Positions 1 to 11,825 of a stretch of DNA of 64,000 bases are shown in pieces. The translations under genes were made by a program, and so were the position numbers. This DNA is from Octopus sinensis (taxonomy: Eukaryota). The DNA is taken from positions 25,854,001-25,918,000 of the forward strand of contig NC_043016.1 of the NCBI RefSeq assembly GCF_006345805.1. The letters are read 5' to 3'. The notes under the pieces are model-generated. The model searched no databases and was not told the DNA's origin. It was given only the letters and a program-made list of their open reading frames with translations. The first letter of the stretch is position 1, and each line of letters opens with the position of its first letter.

Positions 1-65
1 GCCTGAGGCTATAGTAGAAGATACTTGCTCAAGGTGCCACACAATGGGACTGAACCCGGAACCAT
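1..65 (-). mobile_element. SINE family A (octopus OK-like tRNA-derived SINE), head fragment
   Basis: Reverse complement reads atggttccgggttcagtcccattgtgtggcaccttgagcaagtatcttctactatagcctcaggc, matching the head of the full copies at 3300, 27900 and 43003. Confidence 0.85.
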
Positions 66-127
66 TTGATTTATTTATTTTTAATTTTAAGTTTCGTTAT
101 TAAATTTTATTTACTTTTTACCTTTTA

Positions 128-355
128 CTTTTTATTTGTTTCAGTCATTGGACTGTGGTCATGTTGGAGCACTGTCTTGAGGGTTTATCTGAACAAATCA
201 CCACTAGGGCTTATTTTAAAACCTGGTACTTATTCTATCAGTCTCTTTTGCCTGGATTGCTATGTTATGTGGATGTAAATAAACCAACACAGGTTGTCAA
301 GTGGTTGTGATGGACAAACACAAAACAAACACCTACACATACACACAGACAAACA

Positions 356-390
<35 letters not shown>
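128..390 (-). mobile_element. SINE family A, 3' half plus (CA)n linker
   Basis: Reverse complement of the family-A tail (gatagaataagtacc...ctccaacatgaccacagtccaatgactgaaacaaataaaa), followed by the internal microsatellite. Confidence 0.8.
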
Positions 391-394
<4 letters not shown>

Positions 395-395
<1 letters not shown>

Positions 396-502
396 TAGAG
401 ACAAGACATGACTTCATTAAAACAGTCTTTCCTGCAAAGCAAATTAAATAAAATTTGCTTTGCGGAAAAGACTGTTTTAATGAAGTTGCATTTTGTCTCT
501 AC
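395..502. repeat. Palindrome with ~51-bp arms and a 6-nt loop
   Basis: gtagagacaa..acttcattaaaacagtctt..gcaaagcaaatt [aaataa] aatttgctttgc..aagactgttttaatgaagt..ttgtctctac. Confidence 0.9.
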
Positions 503-619
503 CTTCAAAATGCGAAGTAGATAAAACAGGGGACAACTGATGAAGGGGATGTCCTTTATGTTGACCAGCAGTGTCAAATGGATGCCCGACAGACAAGTCA
601 GTCAAGGTGATCAAGGTGA

Positions 620-801
620 TATGTATATATTTATATATCATTTATAATATTATACACACACACACACACATACATATATATGTATGTATATATACATATA
701 TATATATATATACATATTATATACATATATATATATACATATATATGTATACATATATATATATATTATATATATATATACATATATATATATATACATA
801 C

Positions 802-870
<69 letters not shown>
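620..870. repeat. (TA)n/(CA)n compound microsatellite
   Basis: Seen directly. It generates the IY-rich ORFs in the track. Confidence 0.95.
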
Positions 871-871
<1 letters not shown>

Positions 872-877
872 GAACAA

Positions 878-1240
878 TCTTACTTAGAAATGGATGCGTG
901 CGTTCTGTCATATAAGAAATTAATAAATAAAACATATGCATATATACATACATATATGTATGTACCTACCTCTACATGTATATATACATGCATGTATGGA
1001 TACAGGACACAAAAAAACGTTGAACACAATGAGAAACGGAAACATAAACACAAAACCAAGGAACTGGACATTTTTCTTAAACAACGAAAAAATAGAGTAC
1101 AGGACAAATAACACAAGGAAAATTCCCCTTCTTCAGTCGTCATGGTTTCATCTACTCTGCGTTTTGAAAGTGAAGGTGATATGCATCTTCGATAGAAACT
1201 TTCCTTCCTGATAAAAGCAAATTAAATAAAATTTGAGATC
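878..1240 (+). mobile_element. 5' part of a non-autonomous Helitron-like element (same family as 26541-27699)
   Basis: 878-1085 is a close reverse-complement match to 27490-27699. It starts A|TCttacttagaaatgg, the canonical Helitron TC 5' end after an A. Confidence 0.65.
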
Positions 1241-1854
1241 TTTTTGAGGAGGGGTAAAAATAGTAACAAAAACAGGACAGTAACGACAGTACAAAATATA
1301 AACAGTAAAAGACAGGACAAGGAGAATAACAAGACAAGAAGGGCTGTTAAGCCAAACGAGATAAAGTATTACGAGCACTATTTTTGAGAACGCACCATGT
1401 CCTTCCCCACTGCTCCTATGCTTTGCTTATCATCTCCTGCTCCCTGAACCACAATTCCTGAGTGATTCGCTACCTCTCATCTTAACTTCTGCCCATACGA
1501 TATTTCCCTTCAAGCTGCAACTCCACTCACTACACCCATCTCTATCCCATCACCTGGCCACTGCCTGCATTACCTTTTGCTTCTGGAGGGTTTTGCTCTG
1601 GTATTCCATCTCTACCATTTTCACACCAAAATGCAAGGTAGTCATGTATCTTATCTATAGCAAGACACCTCTACCTCTGTTGTCCTTGGTATATATAAAA
1701 TCTCCTCTCCATTCCATCAAATACTCCACCACTCCCACTTAGTCAACAGTGGTTTCTCCCTTTTGCCTTTTTCTTCTTTCCTCTCTTGCAAGTTACTTGA
1801 CAGCCCTTCTTGTGCTGGTGCCACATAAAAGCGCATTCAGTACACTCTGTACTG

Positions 1855-2005
1855 TAGCTGTGGTGGTGGCGGTGGTGGCGGTGGTGGAGGTTGTGGCAGC
1901 AGTGGTGGTGGCAGTTGTTGTTGTAGTTGTGGTGGTGGTGGTGGTTGTAGTTGTGGTGGTGGTGGTGGTAGTTGCGGTGGTGGTAATGATGATGATGATG
2001 AGAAA
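1855..2005. repeat. (GTG/GTT)n trinucleotide tract
   Basis: Seen directly; source of the poly-V and poly-T ORFs. Confidence 0.9.
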
Positions 2006-2444
2006 CAATGGGCTTCTACATGGTCTGCATCAACCAAAGTGCTTCACAGGACACTGTTTGGCCAAGAGCTGTAGTAGAAGGCACATTACTCAAGGTACTG
2101 TGCAGTAGATCTGAACCTGAAACCACATGACTCCAAAGCAAGCTTCTCAACCACACAGCCATGCACTGAACCTATAGCAAAACAAAAATAAGGATTTCTT
2201 TTCTTTCATGTATGAGATTCCTGAAAGAAAGAAAAAAAAGCAAAAACAAAAGTAGAAATTGAAAAATGATAATAACAACCTCCTGTTTGTTACTGAACAT
2301 TGGTTACTCTCTTCTCATGAGCCCCAATGAACAAAGTGAGAATTTCAATTCTGCTGTGAGATACCAAACTAAATTGGTGTTACCTGCAGGCCAAGTTAAG
2401 GTGTCAAACAACCAAAGCAGCTGGTATGTCGTTATCGGTCATCG

Positions 2445-2670
2445 CCATCGTCGTCATTATCGTCATCATCGTTGTTGTCATCACAGTCGGCATTATTGTC
2501 ATCATCACAGTCGGCATTATTGTCATCATCGTCACCACCACCACCACCATCATCATTGTCATCATTATCATCGTCATCATCATCATCATCATCATCATCT
2601 TTGCTATCATCATTGTTGTCATAATTGTCATCCTTGTTGATGTCATCATTATCATCATCATCATCACCTA
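2445..2670. repeat. (CAT)n-rich trinucleotide tract
   Basis: Seen directly; source of the poly-H, poly-I and poly-M ORFs. Confidence 0.9.
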
Positions 2671-2869
2671 TTGTCTGTTTTTGGTAGATTCAAACTGTGA
2701 TGAGATGAGAACCTTTGTTGATTATCATTCTACATTCCCTGTATTTTAAAATCAATTTCATTCTTGATATTATCCATCTGTGTCATTTTTGTTTTTGTTT
2801 TGTTTTTTTTCCTATTCCTCCAATTCATTTTTATCTTCACTTAACAATTATTGACAATCTGGAGAATTC

Positions 2870-3290
2870 TACAGAGATCCACAAAGGTCTATTGCTCTCA
2901 CATCTAGGATTGTTAATACTTCCGCAGCATACACGGATGTCTAGAAAAGGGCCACCCAACTGATGGCACACTCTAAACTCTGGCCCATAAATGCATTGTG
3001 TGCTCTCTCTTCTTTCTCTCTCTCTCACTATCTCTGCTTTTCTACCACTACTATAATCATTTCTGTTCAACTTATACTTCTCTCTTCTCATCAACCTTAT
3101 TGTATCCCCCTCTCAAGTCATGTATCTTATCTTTCCTTGCAATAACATCAGCCCTCTGGAATCTCCTCCCTGCTCATTATATCTCTCTCTCACATATGTT
3201 GACTTACTCACAAAGGTCTAAGAAGAACATGAATAGTATCAATATCACTGGTTTAAGGTTTGTGAATGCCATAAGCACTGTCCCTTAATT
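2870..3290 (+). mobile_element. Degenerate CR1-group LINE, 3' end of ORF2
   Basis: Broken frames give KRATQL, LFYHYYNHFCS and TSALWNLLPAH, typical of the CR1 ORF2 C-terminus (LFYRYY, ALWNSLP). Confidence 0.6.
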
Positions 3291-3299
3291 TAAACCCAG

Positions 3300-3705
3300 T
3301 AAGTGGCTGTGTGATTAGTAAGCTTGCTTCCCAATCACATGATTCCAGGTTCAGTCCCACTGCATGGCACCTTGGGCAAGTGTCTTGTACTATAGCCTTG
3401 GGCTGACCAAAGCTTTATGAGTAGATTTGGTAGGTGGAAACTGAAAGAAGCCCATCATATATATGAACGAGTGTGTGTGTGTGTGTGTGGGTTTGTGTCT
3501 ATGTTTGTCTCCAACTACTGCTTAGCAACCAGTGTTGGTGGGTTTACATCTCCATTACATATCAGTATCGCAAAAGAGACCAATAGAATAAGTACCAAAC
3601 TTAAGAAAAAGAAAAGTACTGGGTCGATTAGTTTGACTAAAATTTCTTCAAGGCAGTGCTCCGGCATGGCTGCAGTCTAATGACTGAAATAAATAAAAGA
3701 TAAAT
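3300..3705 (+). mobile_element. SINE family A, full length
   Basis: Head gtggctgtgtg...ggttcagtcccactgcatggcaccttgggcaag, internal (GT)n, tail ...gcatggctgcagtctaatgactgaaataaataaaag. Confidence 0.9.
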
Positions 3706-4559
3706 CATTTTTTTTAAATATCCAAAATATTTTAGTTTTCTCATCTGTTGTGGTCGCAGGTTTATAGTTTGTGCCATGATGGCTAAGAAAGTTATCCATC
3801 TGGTAGTGGTGGTGGCAGGTGGTGGTTCTTGGATGCTTATGTGTGATGACTTTTAATGTGGGAATGGCCTATTGTTGTAACGCTAATCATCTCAATGCTG
3901 AAATAAGGATGATTGGTGTGAACACAACAGAACCAGAGAACCAATTAAATGGTAATTATTGTAATTACTAATGTAGCTGCCAGGGTTATGAACAAATAAA
4001 TATTTGTACTTCTTTAATGTCTTAGTCATGAAGAACAGCAGTACCCATGATCCTTTGTAAAGTCTCTAAGATTGGTGTTAGAGAGGGCTAGGAGGAAAGT
4101 ATCCTAAAACTGAAAACCTAGCGCAAATATTTGCTATAGGGTGGACTCCACTGCTAACAACACCCACTAGGTGGTGGTGTTAAACAGGGTGATGGATTAA
4201 GTCTCCCATCCAAGTAGGCCATTGTAGGATTTGAACTTAGAATACAAAGCACTGGAACAAATACAAAGTAGCCCAGCCAAGGTTCTAATGATTCTGTCTA
4301 ACACCCTGGTGTGGTACTTTATTTATCAAACCTGAAAAAATAAAAAGCAAAACTGACCACAGTGTGATTTGAACTTAGAATGCCAGAAGCTAGAATAAAT
4401 ACCACGAGGCATTTTGTCTGATGTTCTACCAGCTCTACAAAAGTCATATTTATATGTATTGAGTTTTGCTGTGTACTTAGATTGATGTTTGGGATAATGA
4501 TGGAACTAATCAATTTTTGGCAATGAATGTAAGTGGATCTTGATGAATTCTTAAGATGA

Positions 4560-4800
4560 ATGAGCAAGACACTTTATTTCACTCATCTGTAGAAATGAGC
4601 TGCATCATTACTGGTGCCAAGCTGTATTGGCCTTTGCCTTTCCCTTGGATAACATCAGTGGCATGGAGAGGTGAGGCTGGTGTGCACGGACAAGTGCTGG
4701 TCTTCCATAAACAACCTTGTCCAGACTTGTACCTCAGAGGGTAATGTTCTAGGTACATCCTATGGTCATTCATGACCAAAGGGGATCTTTACCCTTTACC
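4560..4800 (+). mobile_element. CORE-type SINE (family C, tail type 2), 5'-truncated
   Basis: tgagcaagacactttatttcac central domain. The tail (cctttcccttggataacatcagtggcatggagagg...) is shared in inverted orientation with 5057-5389. Confidence 0.75.
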
Positions 4801-5056
4801 CATCCTAAGCTATTGTGGAGTATAGTTTCACTGCAAGACAAGAAAAATACTGAAATAATGGTATGTGTTTAATTAAATGATAAAACAAGCAGAGATAATT
4901 GGTCTACTGTGGTTGTCTGAGGTTGCAGAATGGACAGTATGCAACAGATGTCTGAATGCTGAGGGTCTTTGCTGGTAATTGCACATGCAACAAAGACTGG
5001 TTTTACTCTTCAGATCCAGAAAATACTTCAGAAGTTAATAACCACTAACCCTCTAC

Positions 5057-5389
5057 AAAAGAAACCCCTCAGTCATGAATGACCATGAGATTGCACCTAC
5101 AAAGTTACCCTCCAAGGCAAAAGTCCGGGCAAGGTTATTTGTGAATGACCAGCAGTCACCCATTCATACCAGCCTCTCCTCTCCATGCCACTGATGTTAT
5201 CCAAGGGAAAGGAAAAGGCTGATACAGAATGGCACCAGTAACGTTGCAACTCACTTCTACAGCTGAATAAATTGGAGCAATGTGAAATAAAGTGTCTTGC
5301 TCAAAAACACAACATACAACCCAATCTAGAAATCGAACTTACTATCTCATGGTCGTGAGTTTGATGCTCCAACCACTGAGCCATGTGCC
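5057..5389 (-). mobile_element. CORE-type SINE (family C, tail type 2)
   Basis: Minus strand has a tRNA-like head (ggcacatggctcagtggttgg...ggttcgatttc), then ttgagcaagacactttatttcac, then the same tail as 4560-4800. Confidence 0.8.
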
Positions 5390-5419
5390 TTTATTTTTCT
5401 TTATTTTTTAACCCTCTAC

Positions 5420-5740
5420 ACAGCTCAGGTGAACCCTACAATAATGTACTACTCTTAAATCTGGGATGGTGTTGCAACAATACACACGGACACTTAGATG
5501 ACATTCAGGAAAAGGGTCACTTAAGTGATTAGTATGATGTTACTCTCCACTGCACTTCAGCCTCTGATCCACAGACAGGTCACCAGTGAACTGTACACAA
5601 CATAACCATGGTACCTATTTGCATCTAGATTGCCTGATCCACTGGCAGGTGGTCTTTGTTTGAAGATATAGCATACATGCTCAAGTGGATACAACAAACA
5701 GATGGATGATATTAATTCATATCCTAACACTGTTACCATT
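5420..5740 (+). mobile_element. Degenerate CR1-group LINE, 3' ORF2 fragment
   Basis: Decayed YCSHIWDG..LDxIQKR..QPLxHRR-like peptide (atctgggatggt, gacattcaggaaaaggg, cagcctctgatccacagac). Confidence 0.55.
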
Positions 5741-5830
5741 GATATCCATGGCTAAGATCCTTAATTATCAAATGGTCCACTACATCTGTCTTTAAATAGC
5801 TCTCTGTCTGTCTGTCTCTGTCTCTCTGTC

Positions 5831-5925
<95 letters not shown>

Positions 5926-6203
5926 ACTACTAAAATGGCTTTTACTTCTAGGAATTGCTGGTCACATGTCACCTTCACTTTTGCATTCATCTCACCACCC
6001 ACATTATGTATATCAAACCTTCACCACACTAGGCCCTGCTCTAATCATTATGACTAAATTCTTAATCTTAAGATGGTTGGCCCTCTGGAATTGAGCACTG
6101 CATCTTTTATTTATTTTAATTGAGTTTTTTTTTATCTGCACCCTCACCTTCATTTCTGTCTCATCCATCTGATGATCAAAGCTTTTGCTTTAACCACCAG
6201 ACA

Positions 6204-6483
6204 GTGGCATGTCTTTTCATCCAACATCACTTTGTCGAACATATTTTCCTCTACATCTTTTTGTCCAATGTCTTCTGTCGAATGATTTTTTTTTTATCCA
6301 ATGACAAATTCTCAAAGATTATTTGATTTTGATGTTCACCTTTTTTTCTAAAGAGTTTATTTAAAATTGGACAAAAAGTTGTTGAACAAAAAAAATCATA
6401 GGACAAAAAGACATCAGACCAAAAGACATGGATGAAGTGACATTGGACAAAGTGACATTGGACAGAAAGATGGGTCATGCCAC
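6204..6483. mobile_element. Foldback-type MITE with modular TIRs
   Basis: Ends gtggcatg/catgccac; arms built from ~15-bp tttgtccaatgtcac-like units in opposite orientation; cagaca at both flanks (6198-6203, 6484-6489). Confidence 0.75.
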
Positions 6484-6599
6484 CAGACAAGAGGAAACTG
6501 CCTTACTTGCCTAGTAGTGGTAGATCAGTCACCATGATGGACTCAGCTGACAGCTGGATGTGACCCATATTCAGCATTAGCTGTTCAACATAACTGCAC

Positions 6600-9290
6600 A
6601 GATCAGTAATGTCTGTGTAAAATGGTTTCATAATTCTGTACACATCTTGGACAGGCCCAGTTTGAACAGGTAGTGCCCCTTGTTAACACTACAAATCCAA
6701 AGGACTTCTCAAAGTTACAGCACTAGTACCCAATCCAAAAGTCCTTCAGAACAGACTAGAGAGTTTGTTTTCATCTACATCCAGAGCTTCCCTGAGAACA
6801 TCATCACTTTTCCTTTCCACTAATTCTCTATAAATTACTAGAATGGAACATTCAGCAATCAATTTGCCGGTCTGGTGGAAGAAGAGCTTCAGAAAGGTGT
6901 ACTTCATGAATGGTGATCCATTCACTGTGCAGAATGTCTGCAGTTGGTGCACTCTCAGTGCCATGCAGAGGGTACTGTCAATGAAACACATATATCCCTT
7001 TAGAGGGAAATTTAATAACAGACACCTCAATCTGATTAGGCAGTAACTATGGTAAGGTATGATAGGCGATCAGTAAATAATAGAAGCAATGTAAGTGTAG
7101 GAATTCGAACCCCAACTGTGAAATATTCAGTTTGGAATCACGAGTAAGCCACTACAGTTTTATATGATTGATCTATAGGTATTGATATGAAGCTGTGGTG
7201 TGATATGGCTTCTCAGATTATCTAAAATTCACGACCTTTTTACCTTGTGAAAACAGTTTGGTGCTTAACCCAGACAAACCAGTAAGACTAGCCACCCTGC
7301 TTGTTACTTCATCCAAGTTCCAGCCACCCAGAAGATCAGGACTGATCCAAACTCCAAGCAGTTTAATCAGTCCATCAGTTCATTCCTCCCCATGCACAAT
7401 TCACCATCATGGACCTGTCTCTCTAGATTCTGAGCTGCAAACTCAGTAACTGGATTGATCTTAGACCTGACCACTGTCTCATATTCCTCAAATACCAAAT
7501 GGAGGCTGAATACCTCCATTTGATATTTGATGGTATTTAATACCATGACAATTATTATGCTTATGAAAATGTTCATCTGTTGTTGTCAACAATGACCAGA
7601 AAATCATATGGAAGAAGATGGATCATGGAGCATCTAGTTGTGGCCAATCAGGCTGATGCATGTAAGGAAAATCTTGCTGCAGGTCGGGAACTGCTGGTCT
7701 ACTGGAAATGAATGCAAGAAATTGACTCTGGACTTGCACAGCTCATGTTTTGTTTATGCTCCTGCGATCCTGATCTGTTTGTAGGAGATGACGTCTCTGT
7801 TAGTGCAGCTATGCCAGGCAGGGTGGTCTTGTGCTTGGAGTCAGGGTTGATCTGAAAACACTTTGGAACACTTTGAAGCAATTTTCCAGCCCACTTTGTT
7901 TGAGCTTGCCTTCTCCCAATTCACTGATCTATTTGTATTATGCGTATTTGCTCTTCCTTGACTGTTCTACAGATGACAAGCACCAACCGTTTTGCTAACA
8001 TCATGGCCCAAATACTGGGTCAGGCTAACATCATGGCCCAGTATTTGACAAACTTGGGATCAAAAATTGTCTACAATGCCTCTTTTCTCAGTAGCAAGGA
8101 ATCTCAGAATACAAGGAATCCATCCCTTTATTCTACTATGAGTTGCTGTAGACGTCTGCCAAAAGGTCAGCAAGTAAATCTGACTTTAATTCATAAAACC
8201 TGAAGGTAAATCATTAAAACCAAACAATTTACACCTTGAGCAACCACGCATCTATTTTACAGCTGTTGTTATTGGTTTTCTGCTGCACCCCACGTCTTCT
8301 GCTGAGAACTACAGCAAACCATCCAACTAGGAACTAAAATCCAGTACAATCTCCAATTCATCACCCGCTGGAAAGCCACATACATCTGCTCAGAACCATG
8401 TGGTGTGTGTTGTCCCAATCATTCAATAATCTAATTGTGGTTTTGTTGCTGCATCATGTCTCTGCCATTTGGAGCAATCAAACAGATTGTGTTTACTCCT
8501 ATTTTAGTGCAATGTCTTAAGTCTGATAGCACAAACTTTGTGTTTTATCTCAAAGAAATGATCAAAGGCCTGTCTCCCTGTCAGTACATCATTCGCAATG
8601 TTTTTACTAGCTGCCTCTTCTAGATTACTAAATTGTTTGTCTTGTAATCTGTTTTACTCTATCTCTAGTTCTTTGTTAAAATCTATTGATTCAGTACTCT
8701 TCAGGATGCCCCAACATTTGCTGTGGACAATTCTATCACCTACCACTTAAGTAATTCATTAATCTGAACCCTATAGTTTTTGTGATCTGGTAATGACACA
8801 TTTAACTTCCAGTAACCAGCTTCCAGTCTATGTATTCTATGTAAATCAACTGAGTAGTTCACAAATTTGTGGCCTGTGTATCTAGTAGAGAGTTGTGAGT
8901 ACCTGGCAACATTTCAGATGTCATGAAACTAGTCTCATTCTTCACTTGAACCAAGACTTCAGTTACATCAAAGAAATGAGCTGTGGGGAGAATAATGAAT
9001 CTGACAAAAAGGTAACCACACCTGCCCAACATCCAGAAATATTTGTAGATGCCACAGCCTCAATGCATGCATGCAATATCAGCAAACGTCAGTGAGAATT
9101 TACTGAGCTCTCTACAAAGACAGTGTTAAGAGTAGATGGAAATATCTGATCTGTGGAACATGTCCCTTCCATAAGTGTTTGAAAGAGTAGATGCCCCAGT
9201 CTGGTCAGGCGAAAATTTCAGGTAGGGCATAACAGTCAAGCTGTAATCTATAATAGAGGCAATGTACATGTTTTGTCACCCTTTCATGAA
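6600..9290 (-). mobile_element. Decayed L1/Tx1-clade LINE ORF2, interrupted
   Basis: Minus-strand peptides AGYWKLNVSL (~8800-8830), EYETVVRSKINP (~7455-7490) and TDGLIKLLGVWISPDL..LDEVTSRVASL (~7285-7380) match Tx1-like ORF2 motifs. Ends are approximate. Confidence 0.65.
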
Positions 9291-9299
9291 TTACTTCGT

Positions 9300-10200
9300 T
9301 TCAGCCCATTTATAGTTTACCATCTCTAATGAACCCTGGCGGTCTCGTTAGGAAGCAAAACGGAAAAGGGATTTAACGAGAGTAATTTCCCTCTAGAAAT
9401 TCTGGAAGCTTCCGTTTTACGTGAAAGTCCGGGACTTCCGGTTCATACCTTATATAAAAGAAGGAATTTCTAAATTCGCGCCATTCAATTCCTGTCGATT
9501 CTTCGACATGCATTGGATCAGGCCGCCGCATTTACATACCAGCTCGCGTACAAGTTCGCCTCACTTATTTGGAGACATGTGACTGCAAACAGAATATATT
9601 AATGTAATATTACAAGTTTTCCTTCAATTAACCTTATAGTTTTCAACTAGCAATAACCACGCCTCGGATAACCCTCATTGGCTATGGTACCGCCTCTAAC
9701 CTTATATGTTAACGCATTACTTCCAGTAATAAATATGTTATGACTTGTCACAAGCGTCTTGCGAATTCCTATTTTCTTGTTATTACGTACAAGATTGTGA
9801 CCCCTCTTTCTCTTATACTCATTAAATTATAGTGTGTCATTTAATCGACATTATCACTATAAAATAGTAACCCTGACATCACTACACATCCATCTGGAGG
9901 TCGGCTGGAGCAAAAATGCCGAGTAAATCAATTGCTAACCCAAGCAGTCTTTGATGAATGGCTTTATCCTTTGATGTCTTGTGTCGTTAAAGTGGAGAAA
10001 GTGTATTTTTTCTTTTTCTTTTATTTTTAAGACCATGTAGCTTTTCTTAATCGACTTCAGGGAGACCACCTTTATGAAATGTCGCAATATAGAATGTAGC
10101 CTTCTTGAGTGCGGGACCCGATTGAGTGCAATTGGTCTAATCGGCTAAAGTCCGACCCTGCCTACAAGTACAGAAAATGATTTTACGCCTGCATAGATAT
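9300..10200. promoter_or_regulatory. CpG-rich, promoter-like unique sequence
   Basis: Visibly many CpGs compared with the depleted flanks; ETS-type acttccgg at 9434-9441, tatataaaag at 9451-9460, attgg (reverse CCAAT) at 9677-9681. No TE peptide recognised. Confidence 0.4.
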
Positions 10201-10236
10201 AACCTCAGAGTCACGTACAAACCTGGGGAAATTTTA

Positions 10237-10390
10237 CCGTATTTTCAAGTGTATAAGGAATCCTTTTTTGCCAAAAATTAGGTTTAAAAATACGGGAGTT
10301 TCTTATACACGGATAATATTATAATCCCTTACAAAACCTTTTTTCCAAATTTAAAGCCCCCAAAATTAGAGGGTTCCTTATACACGTTAT
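10237..10390 (+). mobile_element. Truncated Tc1/mariner (Tc2/pogo-like) MITE
   Basis: Begins TA|ccgtattttcaagtgtataagg with internal repeats of cttatacacg, typical of CCGTATTTT-ended elements. The right TIR is missing. Confidence 0.55.
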
Positions 10391-10399
10391 ATACGTATT

Positions 10400-11718
10400 T
10401 GTGGCTGATACTTTCTCTAGAGTATACGCAAATGAGTCTGATGACTTTCGCTATGAAACTTGAACATTTTAAGATGGCAACCAGCCAAAGTGTTAGTCTG
10501 ACAATACTGGCTGACATTGTATCAAATGCCAAAATCAAGAAAGGAATATCTGCCCTCAGTGAAACTATATTGGAAGTTTCGTGATGAAATTGCGTTTCAC
10601 GACCAACTGCTTTTCAAAAGTGATAGAGTAATTGTCACTGAATCTCTTAGAAACGCGACAGTAAACAAGATTCACCATCCACAAGGGCATTGTTAGAAAT
10701 CAACAAAAAGCCAGAGATGTACTGTTTTAGTCGAGCAAAAATTCACAAATTCAGGAAGCAGTTGAAAGAGTAACATATGTGTCAAGTTCAGAGCAAACAA
10801 CATTAAAGAACCATCACTGCCTCGTGAGATACCAGAAGGTCCTTCGTCAAAGCTTGATGTTGATTTATTCTTGACAAATTGTGAAGATTATATTGTTGTT
10901 GACTATTACTCCAAATTTGCTGAAGTAATGCAATGAAGATATCAAACTAGTTTTACAGTAACAAACAAGCAGAAGTCAGTTTTTGCTTGACACGGAATAG
11001 CAGATACCCTGATTTTCTGCAGAATTTAAAAGTTTTGCAAAGGTGTCGAACTTTTAACATATCACATGCAGTCTACGTTACTGCAAATGAATGGTCAAGC
11101 CAAGATTGCAGTGAAAGCCATGAAAAGACTGACAAAAAAAATGTAAGAAGGAATTTAAAACTCCTATTTAGCATTCTTAGACATACGAAATACTCCGATA
11201 GACAAAGCTGGTAAATCACCTGCTCAACTCCTTATGAGTTAACGTTTGAGAGCAATACAAGTCAGCTACTGTATCCTCATGAAGAAAATCAGATTTCAAG
11301 GTGGACGTGCTAAGTGCCAAAGGTTAATACAACCAGCAAGCAGGAAAACTACTCACAACGTCAGAACCGGATGATCACATACGAGTACAAGTAAACGACA
11401 CAACATGGATACCAAAAAATGTCAAAGACAAAAGTGATATGCCGAGATTATGTGCAGTCGAGGCGACAACTAGAAAGAAATACAGGGGGGAAAATCCCTC
11501 GTCAACAGAGGCTGACAGTCAATTCAGACAGAGAACATATCGATCTTCTGAACCAAAACTGAACCTGACTCAATTGAGGAGCCGACTCCAAATGAACTGT
11601 TTCGAGAAGCTGGTCAAGCAATAACAAAAAGTGGTCGTATAATTAACGAACCAATAAGATACAGAATGTAATAAGTTCCAAGACTGGCCAGAATAATGCA
11701 ATAAGAAGATGAGAGAAG
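10400..11718 (+). pseudogene. Gypsy element 1: decayed pol 3' region (integrase)
   Basis: Frameshifted peptides YWKFRDEIAFHDQLLFKSDRVIV, DYIVVDYYSKFAEV, SYLAFLDIRNTPIDKAGKSPAQLLMS and ITKSGRIINEPIRY, then a purine tract (aagaagatgagagaag) before TG at 11719. Confidence 0.85.
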
Positions 11719-11825
11719 TGTAACTCTGTAATCGATCATGTGTAAAATAATTTTTCGTCCTACATCTTAAGATGCCAGACGTATTGTATTGAGAAACTTC
11801 TGTAGCGGCACAAGCAGTCAGCGCC

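Noticed and set aside
530-570. ctgatga as a hammerhead ribozyme core
   Set aside because: A stem follows but there is no GAAA at the required position.
571-1111. IY/YI-rich ORFs of 60-143 aa
   Set aside because: Translations of (TA)n/(CA)n microsatellite; open in several frames on both strands.
7994-8041. 17-bp direct repeat gctaacatcatggccca
   Set aside because: A small local duplication within decayed LINE sequence; no further structure.
9449-9582. Two 43-nt minus-strand exon candidates (9540-9582 and 9449-9491)
   Set aside because: Splice-like sites exist, but joining them introduces a stop and the intron would be only 48 nt.
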